Assembly (NCBI GenBank): GCA_963555755.3
Contig: OY820905.2
Coordinates: 768,001-832,000 of the forward strand
Direction of reading: 5' to 3'
From: Nitrospirales bacterium
GTDB taxonomy: Bacteria; Nitrospirota; Nitrospiria; Nitrospirales; UBA8639
DNA length: 64,000 nucleotides
In this document: one piece after another, positions 55,690 to 64,000 of the stretch
Layout: each line of letters begins with the position of its first letter
How positions within the stretch are numbered: position 1 is the stretch's first letter
Made by a program: the position numbers and the translations under genes
Notes under the pieces: generated by a model
What the model saw: only the letters and a program-made list of their open reading frames with translations
Databases searched by the model: none
Told to the model about the DNA's origin: nothing

Positions 55690-56660
55690 GTCGAGTCTTT
55701 TGTTGAGAGTTTCAAAGATTGACGATCCCCATGGTGTTTTCTTCTTGAAGTTAACCCGCGTTGGGTGCGGCGGAGCTGGAGGCCCGAATCGACTTTTCGG
55801 CGAGGGCTGTTTGAGTCCTTCGACAAGACTCAGGATAGACTCCGCGAGTTCCCTCGCCATCTTATTCGGGGCGGAGGCGGAGGCACGACGGAGAGACTGC
55901 TTCTGAGCAGCCTCGGAGGGGCCGGGCACGGGCGAAAATCGACATAGGTAGGCGGTCACCCGCTTTCCCTGTCACACCACCGTACGTACGGGTCCGTATA
56001 CGGCGGTTCGGTGGGTTAAGCGATTGGCCACCAGGAGAGACTTCTCTCAACTGGTCACCCCTCGCCGGGCTTTCAACTGGGCGGTTCGCCGCGAGCGATT
56101 CGACACTTCCTCGTCAGTCCTTAGGGCTTCACCCCTATCCTCTGTCGGGAAGGCCAGGGTTAACTGGTTATTCAGCCGCTTGTCGCTCGTGAGTTCCGCT
56201 GCCTACATACCACTCCGTACCGTTCAGGCCTTCATCCCTGTCGGGACTACTATGCCCTCTGCTGACTCCTCCCGCCCGCTCTGAACTGATCACTCAGTTC
56301 TCAGTCTTGCTGCCAAGACAGACGAGAGGTCTCCCGAGGTACGCTCAACCGCTTTCAGCGCACGACCGCCAGATTTACACCCAATGCCCTTGATGGATAT
56401 GGACTTCGTGAAAACCAGCTCACTCGTCCGACACTGACTGCCTCGTATCTGGTTCTTGTTCATCGGCCCGCGCCTTTGCTCTACGCTTCCTTCAGACCCC
56501 GCCTCACGACGACGCCCTTGCGCTTCGCTATGACTTCACCTCCATCAGGTTGTCAAAGGGACTTGCACCCTCAAGCTGTTGAACATGCTCGGCACACTGG
56601 TTTTGGTTCCTTTTGCCGAAACAAAAGGAACTCGTCGCGCGGGGACGAAACCCCGCAATA
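55690..56660. repeat. Degenerate ~250-300-bp repeat element hosting the IIC intron (relatives ~55365-55500, ~57097-57350)
   Basis: Shared TCGAGTCTTTTGTTGAGA..GATTGACGA and TTCGACAAG..CGCGAGTT blocks. Confidence 0.6.
55938..56597 (-). mobile_element. ORF-less class C (IIC) group II intron, 660 bp
   Basis: 5' GTGTGCCG, domain V with CGC triad (GAACCGCCGTATACGGACCCGTACGTACGGTGG), 3' ..GTCGAT; inserted after a hairpin. Confidence 0.88.
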
Positions 56661-56713
56661 AAGATGGATTCCTGATTACAGATGTCGGGAATGACAGCGG
56701 AGGATGGATCACC

Positions 56714-56881
56714 CTAGCTAAGGCGCTCGAGAAGCTCTCGGAGCACGATTTTTCGTTCCTTCAGATCTTGCCGAAACTCAAATTTTTCCGTATGCCCAAT
56801 TTCATCTCCAAGATCTGAAATGGCACCTGCCAGGACCGAACCCAATATCTCTTGTTCTTTGGTATTCAAACTTAGATCCAC
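56714..56881 (-). CDS. Small hypothetical protein, 55 aa (not in ORF track)
   Basis: GTG start after AAGGAGG; MDLSLNTKEQEIL..EIGHTEKFEFRQDLKERK. Confidence 0.7.
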   Translation of the reverse strand: MDLSLNTKEQEILGSVLAGAISDLGDEIGHTEKFEFRQDLKERKIVLRELLERLS

Positions 56882-57373
56882 GGTAGTCCTCCTTTTCTGG
56901 AGTTTGCGGTGAACGGAACCTCATCCTATATTATCCGCGTGACACAGGTCCCCTTATTCCACTAAGAGATTGAATAATCTCAACCTCCATTCACCGAAGT
57001 CAAACACTAGGACGAAAGCCGAACTGCAGAAAGACGGCAGAAAATTTAGGGGCTAGAGGGTTTGCCCGAATTCCTTGGAGGCAACAAATTATTAAAGGAT
57101 CGAGTCTTTTGTTGAGAATTCCACAGATTGACGACCACCTACCGTTCTCCTTTCTGCACTCTCTCCCCGCCTTGGGCGCGGCGGAGCCTCCGTACGGAAT
57201 CGACCACTCTGGCGTGAACTGGCTGAGGCATTCGACAAGGACAGGCTTCGCGAGTTGCGCAGCTATATGATCTATCCCAAGCCAAACACCTTGGCCAACG
57301 GAACGAACCTCAGAACAGCAAAAGCGGATCCCCCCTATTTTTATGGGCCGCTTCACTCACTGATCGAAAACGG

Positions 57374-59527
57374 TCAGGTTGTTTCGCTTGGAACGGCCTT
57401 CATGGACAACGCAATACGCCGGCGTGGGATGTCGACCTCCAACACGGTCACTCTGACTTGTTGGTTGACCTGTACGACGGTATTGGGATCGCTGATAAAT
57501 CGATTGGCGAGCTGACTGATATGGATGAGGCCATCCTGATGCACTCCGATATCGACAAAGGCTCCAAAGGCTGTGACATTGGTGACCACTCCGGTCAGGA
57601 TCATGCCGGGTTTGACCTGCTCAATGGATTGCACCCCTTCCTGAAACCGCACCGCTTCAAATTGCTGACGTGGATCACGGCCAGGCTTAGCCAATTCGGT
57701 GAGAATATCGGTTAACGTTGGTTTTCCCACTTCCTCCGTGATGTATCGATGAAGGTCGATCGTGCGTTGTCGATCAGGGTTGTTCACCAGCTCCTTCACG
57801 GTACATCCCAAGTCTTTGGCCATCGCCTGTACCACGGAGTACCGCTCGGGATGCACCGCGCTGGCATCCAGAGGATGATCGCCATCGGTAATGCGTAAAA
57901 ATCCCGCGGCTTGCTCAAACGCTTTTGCTCCCAAGCGGGGCACTTTCTTCAAGGCCGACCGGCTTCGAAAGGGGCCATGTTCCTTTCGATAGACCACGAT
58001 GTTCGCGGCGAGTTGCGGACCCACACCAGAGACGGCGGTGAGGAGTTGCGGGCTCGCCATATTGACATCCACCCCAATCCGGTTCACGCAACTGATGACA
58101 ATATCATGAAGACGCTGCTTCAAGATCCCTTGATCGACATCATGTTGATACTGCCCGACCCCGATTGCCTTGGGATCGAGCTTCACCAGTTCGGCTAACG
58201 GATCCATGAGCCGCCGACCAATCGAAACCGCCCCACGCACGGTCACATCCTGGTCAGGAAATTCCTCTCGTGCCACCGCGGACGCGGAATACACGGACGC
58301 CCCGCTTTCGTTCACCATCACAAGGAAAATGTCCGATGGCAACGTCAACGTACGAAGAAACGTTTCGGTCTCCCTCCCTGCCGTCCCATTGCCAATGGCA
58401 ATAGCCTCAATCTTGAAACGCTCACACAACGCCACAATCGTATCCCCTGATCTGGAGGCGGACCCTGCTCCTTGATGAGGGTAGATTGTATCCGTATGGA
58501 GAAAATTGCCTTGCCGATCCAGACACACCACTTTACACCCAGTGCGAAACCCCGGATCGATGGCCAGCACCGTCTTCTGGCCCAATGGTGACGCCATGAG
58601 CAACTGCTGCACGTTTTGCGCAAACACCTCAATGGCTGTCTGATCAGCACGGGATTTTGTCAGCAGACGGGTTTCCGTTTCCATTGAGGGGGCCAGGAGC
58701 CGGGCAAAACTGTCCTGGATAGCCATGGTCACCTGAGCCGACGCCGGCCCGCTCCCTTTCAGAAAAAGGCGGTGCAGGAGAGACAGCGCTGCCGGTTCCG
58801 GCACCAACACACGAAAGGTCAGAAAGCCTTCCTGTTCGCCACGGCGCATAGCCAGAATACGATGCGAGGGCGCCGTCGCCACTGGTTCTTCCCATTCGAT
58901 ATAATCCCGAAACTTGCTACCTTGAACATCTTTCCCCCGCATCCCCGTCGTCTTGAATTTCCCGTGTTCCAAAAACAACGAGCGCATGGATGCACGAGCC
59001 TGCCGATCTTCGTTGATCCATTCAGCCATGATATCGCGCGCGCCAGCCAACGCCTCTTCCACCATCTCCACCCCCTGCTCTGGATTGAGAAACTTCCCTG
59101 CTTCGACCATGACATCTAACTGCGGATCTTGATCCCAGAGGCTCTGTGCAAACGGCTCCAGTCCCCGTTCTTTGGCGCTCATGGCGCGTGTGCGGCGTTT
59201 GGGGCGATAGGGTAAATACAGATCCTCCAAATCCGTCATCGACGTGGCAGCTTGCACTTGCTCTTGCAAACTGTCGGTGAGGTTTCCTTGTTCTTCGAGG
59301 GACGTCAAAATGGCGGACCGACGTTTGTCCAATTCTCGAAGTTGGGCCACTCGATCCCGAATGGAGGTAATGACGACTTCATCTAACCCACCCGTCACTT
59401 CTTTTCGATAACGTGCGAGAAATGGCACCGTTGCTCCATCATCCAGAAGATCCACCGTAGCCGTTACCTGCTTGATCGTAACACCCAGCTCCAACGCCAT
59501 CGTTCTGTCATGCAATTCTGATTTCAT
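57374..59527 (-). CDS. tex: Tex-family RNA-binding transcription accessory protein
   Basis: TVPFLARYRKE, AIDPGFRTGCK, ESGASVYSAS, IGVGQYQHD, C-terminal S1. Confidence 0.96.
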   Translation of the reverse strand: MKSELHDRTMALELGVTIKQVTATVDLLDDGATVPFLARYRKEVTGGLDEVVITSIRDRVAQLRELDKRRSAILTSLEEQGNLTDSLQEQVQAATSMTDLEDLYLPYRPKRRTRAMSAKERGLEPFAQSLWDQDPQLDVMVEAGKFLNPEQGVEMVEEALAGARDIMAEWINEDRQARASMRSLFLEHGKFKTTGMRGKDVQGSKFRDYIEWEEPVATAPSHRILAMRRGEQEGFLTFRVLVPEPAALSLLHRLFLKGSGPASAQVTMAIQDSFARLLAPSMETETRLLTKSRADQTAIEVFAQNVQQLLMASPLGQKTVLAIDPGFRTGCKVVCLDRQGNFLHTDTIYPHQGAGSASRSGDTIVALCERFKIEAIAIGNGTAGRETETFLRTLTLPSDIFLVMVNESGASVYSASAVAREEFPDQDVTVRGAVSIGRRLMDPLAELVKLDPKAIGVGQYQHDVDQGILKQRLHDIVISCVNRIGVDVNMASPQLLTAVSGVGPQLAANIVVYRKEHGPFRSRSALKKVPRLGAKAFEQAAGFLRITDGDHPLDASAVHPERYSVVQAMAKDLGCTVKELVNNPDRQRTIDLHRYITEEVGKPTLTDILTELAKPGRDPRQQFEAVRFQEGVQSIEQVKPGMILTGVVTNVTAFGAFVDIGVHQDGLIHISQLANRFISDPNTVVQVNQQVRVTVLEVDIPRRRIALSMKAVPSETT

Positions 59528-59563
59528 CTTCTCAATACATCTTTCACATCAAGAGAAAGGGAT

Positions 59564-60001
59564 TTATTCGGAGGAAAAGAACCGGGAGAGAGTGTCCCCC
59601 AACCCGCCCCACATATCGGGTTTTAGCGTAATTTGGTGCTCATGCAGGAGAACCTTTGATTGGGAAGGACAGGAAGGGAATCCTGTGCTCCTCGTTCCAA
59701 TTTTTTGCGCCAAGTACGTCCCATCCTCTCGCGCCGCTGCACTCTCCAACACGAGCAGCTGCTCCCGAGCCTCAAGCACGCAAAAACCTTGATAGCCCAG
59801 AATGTGAAATTGTGTTTTCTCTGCGAAATACGCACGATGATGGCCAGTGGAAAAGACAACATGGTCTTTTTTAATCGGCCCATGGGGACCAATTGAATAA
59901 ATAAATGTAGGGACAATTAATACGGCTACAATGGCAAGCCCGATGGGAATTAGCGGATTCCGTTTGGGTTCATCAGTATATTTCTCAGAAGATTCAGCCA
60001 T
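59564..60001 (-). CDS. Hypothetical membrane-anchored protein
   Basis: 145 aa, N-terminal TM. Confidence 0.7.
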   Translation of the reverse strand: MAESSEKYTDEPKRNPLIPIGLAIVAVLIVPTFIYSIGPHGPIKKDHVVFSTGHHRAYFAEKTQFHILGYQGFCVLEAREQLLVLESAAAREDGTYLAQKIGTRSTGFPSCPSQSKVLLHEHQITLKPDMWGGLGDTLSRFFSSE

Positions 60002-60139
60002 GGCCTCTACTCTACAATATTTACGCTTTCGGGACTACGGCCATTCTATGGTCAGGATTCCCCTACATCCCTTTTGAGCCATACGAAAACACGTTGATTG
60101 TATTTTCCCCTCCATCTTCGTTAGCATGTTTCTTCCATT

Positions 60140-60901
60140 TTGTCGACGCACATGAATCCGACCATGGCTCTACCCAATTCCTATTCTGTAAAACTTTCCC
60201 ACGTGAAGAGAATCCTGCTCCTCACTCTAATCTTTTTGTCGGGATGTTCCACGACACACAGGCAATATTTATCTGATCATTGGATATCTCAACCTCAGGG
60301 GGTGTCACAACCTCAAGCTCTCCATCTCGTTTCCGCCAATTCAAGGACCTCACGTTTACAAGTTATCATTATGTACGACGGATCGCTCTCTAGCCATTCC
60401 GCGCTTCGACTCGAATCAGAAAATGGGAACGTCACGTTTTGGGATCCAGCGGGGGCGTATGGTCTGGTGGGTCACATCACCGACGCGCACGGCATACCCA
60501 TTAGGCCCTATGGCAAGCGAGTCAAGGACATTGTGATCACCCACATCCCTGACATTCCGACGTACATGAGATTCAGATGGTTGGTAGGCGATTCCTCGGT
60601 CGAGATTTTTGAATGGGATTTACCTCATGAACAAACCAAAGAGCTAAGGAAAGTCTTACGGATGGGAACGGAGGAGAATCATCCCAAGGGTGAATTTCAT
60701 ACAGAAACGGCACCAGCCTTTTGTTCGATAGCCATTTCCAATTTTCTGCAACGCTTTGTGACGCCTACCCTCACATTAGCCGACACGTATCTCTGGCCTC
60801 ACAACCTTGCGGAAGCCTTATTAGACTATTCGCCTTCAAGAGTCCGCGTGTTTGTACGAGGAAAACCAGAGATGGTCTTTTGGCCCCCGGCCAACAATTG
60901 A
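60140..60901 (+). CDS. Hypothetical lipoprotein
   Basis: Lipobox LSGC; start uncertain. Confidence 0.7.
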   Translation: MSTHMNPTMALPNSYSVKLSHVKRILLLTLIFLSGCSTTHRQYLSDHWISQPQGVSQPQALHLVSANSRTSRLQVIIMYDGSLSSHSALRLESENGNVTFWDPAGAYGLVGHITDAHGIPIRPYGKRVKDIVITHIPDIPTYMRFRWLVGDSSVEIFEWDLPHEQTKELRKVLRMGTEENHPKGEFHTETAPAFCSIAISNFLQRFVTPTLTLADTYLWPHNLAEALLDYSPSRVRVFVRGKPEMVFWPPANN

Positions 60902-61033
60902 CTAGGCCCTAACAATGACCAAGGCCACAATCTCAGCTCCTCATTTTAATGAAAAAATGATTTCCCCTGCAGTGCTATTCATATGCACAGGGATAAAAAA
61001 ATTTAATAAGGCTTGAGGCCTTCCCTTAAAAAT

Positions 61034-61438
61034 ATGAGCAAATCTTCATCAGCAACCTCCAAACCCATTTTTGTCGTGTTGAGTCTCGTGTTATTCGGAG
61101 CCTCAGGTTATTGGGTGTGGACTACCCAATACGCTCCAATCACCTGTGACTCCCAGGCCGCTCATGCCGAGTTAAAGACCCTTGGAGATAAGGGCATTCG
61201 AAATACCGGGCATGGCTCAAGCCTGACAAATCTGTTGTGGATTTATGTCGGTCCAAAGTGGCATGCCCTCCCCTTGAAGGAAAAACGATCCATTGACAAA
61301 ATCGTCACCTGCGCTGCCCAAACAATTGATGATCAAGGCCAACCCACATGGCAGGCCGCCTATTATGATTATAAATCTGGAAAAATGGCCGCCTTAACCA
61401 GCAAACGCTATGGCTTCCGCCTGAAGACTCCAGAGTAA
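61034..61438 (+). CDS. Hypothetical membrane-anchored protein
   Basis: N-terminal TM; upstream of the two-component pair. Confidence 0.7.
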   Translation: MSKSSSATSKPIFVVLSLVLFGASGYWVWTTQYAPITCDSQAAHAELKTLGDKGIRNTGHGSSLTNLLWIYVGPKWHALPLKEKRSIDKIVTCAAQTIDDQGQPTWQAAYYDYKSGKMAALTSKRYGFRLKTPE

Positions 61439-61481
61439 TCATCTCCTTGCCTCAACGGTTCCATGCTATAATTATGAAACC

Positions 61482-62159
61482 ATGCGTATTCTGATTGTTG
61501 AAGATGAACCCAAAGTCGCGTCCTTTATTCGACGAGCGTTGGAAGAAGAAAGCTATGCGGTCGATGTGTGCCCCGATGGGGTAGAGGGTCGCGACCTCGC
61601 TTGCGAGGTGAATTACGACCTGATCATTCTCGACCTCATGCTTCCGAACCTTCCTGGGCTGGGAGTCCTCAAAGGCATTCGTGCCGAAAAGGTTAAAACG
61701 CCCGTCCTCATTTTGACGGCACGATCTGAAGTGGATCAACGCGTGAAAGGCCTGGATGCGGGAGCCGACGATTACCTCACCAAACCCTTTGCCATCGAAG
61801 AATTGCTGGCCCGTTCCAGGGCACTGATGCGACGTGCCAGCGGCGAAACCTCCGGCATTCTACAAATCGATGACTTAATTTTGAATCCGATCACCCATGA
61901 GGTCACGAGAGCAGGCCAACGCATAGACCTCACCTCTAAAGAATATGCCCTACTCGAATACATGATGCGGAGTACCGGCCGCGTCTTAACCCGCCCTATG
62001 ATTTCCGAACATGTATGGGACTTGGATTTCGACACGTTCACCAATGTCATCGATGTCTACATCAGTTACCTCCGCAACAAAATTGACAAAGGCCACAAGC
62101 GCAATCTTATTCACACGGTGCGTGGAAGCGGGTACACATTAAAGGCAGCCAATGAGTAA
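61482..62159 (+). CDS. OmpR-family response regulator (CusR/CzcR-like)
   Basis: ILIVEDE, LDLMLP, GADDYLTKPF, IHTVRGSGY. Confidence 0.95.
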   Translation: MRILIVEDEPKVASFIRRALEEESYAVDVCPDGVEGRDLACEVNYDLIILDLMLPNLPGLGVLKGIRAEKVKTPVLILTARSEVDQRVKGLDAGADDYLTKPFAIEELLARSRALMRRASGETSGILQIDDLILNPITHEVTRAGQRIDLTSKEYALLEYMMRSTGRVLTRPMISEHVWDLDFDTFTNVIDVYISYLRNKIDKGHKRNLIHTVRGSGYTLKAANE

Positions 62160-63558
62160 TACCTCGATTCGTGTTCGACTCACCATCTGGTATGGTTGCG
62201 GCTTAGCATTGATCATGATTTTGTTTGCCAGCGCCTTGTATCTCGTCATGTCTCGCGCATTGGAAGATCAAATCGACCGCTCACTCGAAGACGCTGCCAT
62301 GGCCGCGGCGCGCTCATTGGAAGAACATCGATTCGGGCCATTTCTGTTGCTCGACGACCTGGCACAAGCCTTCCCTGAACTCGCACTGCTGGACAAATTT
62401 TTTCAGATATTCGGGCCACAAGGGCAAATCACCCTGCAATCGGCCAACATTTCAACTCGAAATATTCCGTTAAGCGAATCGGCCATGCAAGCGGCCTTAA
62501 AAGGTGAACCCACTTATGAGTCCGTACGCTTGCAAGGTGAAATCTCGATTCGGCTCTTGTCGTATCCCATCAGGCACGGAGAAACCCTCGTCAATATCTT
62601 ACGAGTTGGGACCTCACTTCGGCCTGTTGAAGAAATGCTGAATCGCCTGATATTTGTGCTGCTGATTGGTTCTCCATTAGCTGTGATTGTCTCGATGCTC
62701 GGCGGATGGTTTTTGGCTGGCCGTGCCCTTCGTCCGGTCGATACCATCACCCTCGCGGCTCAGCGCATTGCCGCCGGAGACCTCACGCAACGAATTCACA
62801 CGACCTCTGCCGATGAAATTGGCCGACTGGCCTCAACCTTTAACGACATGATTGCCCGCCTCGAAGCCTCCATTCGGCAAATTCGGCAATTCAGCGCTGA
62901 CGCGTCACATGAATTACGCACACCATTGACCATTACCAAAGGGGAAACGGAACTGGCATTGAGAAAAGAGAGAACCCCGGAAGTCTATCGTGAAGTCTTG
63001 GAAAGTAACCTCGAAGAGATTGATCGCATGAGCCGGATCGTTGACGAACTATTGTTTTTGTCTCGCGCCGATCTGGGAGAAATAAAAATTGCCAAAGAAC
63101 CGGTCCAACTCGACCAATTGGTCCAGGAGATTCAACATCAAGCCATCGTACTGGGAAAGGATAGGGAGGTTGAGACCATCTTAGGAACGCTTGAACCAAC
63201 CGAAGTGGTTGGAGATGAATGGCGCCTTCGCGAGCTCTTCTTGAATATCGTGGATAACGCAGTCAAGTATTCTCAAGAAAAAGGCTCCGTAGAAATCAAC
63301 CTAGAGCACGCCAACGGTATGGCCAAAATATCGGTGCAGGATAATGGGATTGGCATCAGTCCCGATGAGCAAAAATTGGTGTTCGACCGATTCTTTCGTT
63401 CCGATACCGCTCGCGCCCATGCCCAGAAAGGCACAGGATTAGGCTTGGCCATTTGCAAATGGATCGCCGAAACGCACCAAGGCCAAATCCAGGTAGAAAG
63501 CACCCCAGGCCAAGGCTCCCGCTTCACCATATTCCTTCCTCTGCTTGGCCAAGCCTAA
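62152..63558 (+). CDS. HAMP sensor histidine kinase (CusS/CzcS-like)
   Basis: Two TMs, ADASHELRTP, NAVKY, DNGIGI, GTGLGL. Confidence 0.95.
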   Translation: MSNTSIRVRLTIWYGCGLALIMILFASALYLVMSRALEDQIDRSLEDAAMAAARSLEEHRFGPFLLLDDLAQAFPELALLDKFFQIFGPQGQITLQSANISTRNIPLSESAMQAALKGEPTYESVRLQGEISIRLLSYPIRHGETLVNILRVGTSLRPVEEMLNRLIFVLLIGSPLAVIVSMLGGWFLAGRALRPVDTITLAAQRIAAGDLTQRIHTTSADEIGRLASTFNDMIARLEASIRQIRQFSADASHELRTPLTITKGETELALRKERTPEVYREVLESNLEEIDRMSRIVDELLFLSRADLGEIKIAKEPVQLDQLVQEIQHQAIVLGKDREVETILGTLEPTEVVGDEWRLRELFLNIVDNAVKYSQEKGSVEINLEHANGMAKISVQDNGIGISPDEQKLVFDRFFRSDTARAHAQKGTGLGLAICKWIAETHQGQIQVESTPGQGSRFTIFLPLLGQA

Positions 63559-63857
63559 CGCCAAATATTTCCGGTTCCTTCTTCATGAGGATTGGGAAAA
63601 AAATAGCTGACCGTCCTTAGTCCCCACCCTCCACTTATCATTTCGACCCTTGGGAGAAATCTCTGCCTTCCCCTGACCTAGATTTCTCACTCCGTTCGAA
63701 ATGACAAGACAGTCGGCGGGGACGAAATCCCTGAAATCTAATGGATGGCCAATGCCCCCCTCCAAACTTCTGAAGATTACGACTAGGCGAAAGAACTCCT
63801 TTTTGGTATCCTGCTATTCCATGCTTTGCAAACCTTAAAGGCCATAGGTGCAAAAAG

Positions 63858-64000
63858 ATGAAAACGTTGCCAGGTCGCATCATTGTTGACCCAGAACGCT
63901 GTAGCGGAAAACCGGTATTCTCAGGGACCCGTGTGCCAGTGTATGTGGTTTTGGAAATGCTGGCTAACGACGAGAGTCAAGAGGAAATATTAAAGGAATA
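63858..64000 (+). CDS. DUF433-family protein (putative antitoxin), runs off window
   Basis: RIIVDPERCSGKPVFSGTRVPV. Confidence 0.85.
   Translation, partial: MKTLPGRIIVDPERCSGKPVFSGTRVPVYVVLEMLANDESQEEILKE

Noticed and set aside
1..64000. tRNA or rRNA genes
   Set aside because: None recognised by eye

Overview
Bacterial chromosomal window in two parts. Positions ~1-40,350 are a dense nest of mobile elements: IS256, two kinds of IS1634, ISAs1 (DUF4338 fusion), IS481, ISCR/IS91, IS3, IS200, IS21, IS30, IS110, IS5, IS1595, an unclassified Zn-finger DDE element, MITEs and group II introns. Among them are two copies of a duplicated block (511-7531 vs 23982-28975) encoding a repeat-rich autotransporter, two RelE/ParE toxin-antitoxin pairs, a PIN-like protein, an RTX fragment and a secreted flavin amine oxidase. 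Positions ~40,350-64,000 hold ordinary genes (MMPL transporters, methyltransferase, geranylgeranyl reductase, msrA, carbamoyltransferase/SxtJ/DUF5989, FapA, tex, a two-component system) interrupted by nested MITEs and an ORF-less IIC intron. The repeat style resembles Nitrospirales (tentative). The most striking signal is a hierarchy of site-specific elements. A group II intron (A) and an IS110 with a recognisable bridge/seek-RNA-like end both target the same AGATTTGACCCC motif. Intron A is itself invaded at its RT YADD codons (intron B) and in catalytic domain V (intron C), with EBS1/IBS1 pairings visible for all three. An unclassified IS sits at an equivalent domain V position between halves of two different introns. 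All coordinates and family calls were made by eye, without database searches.
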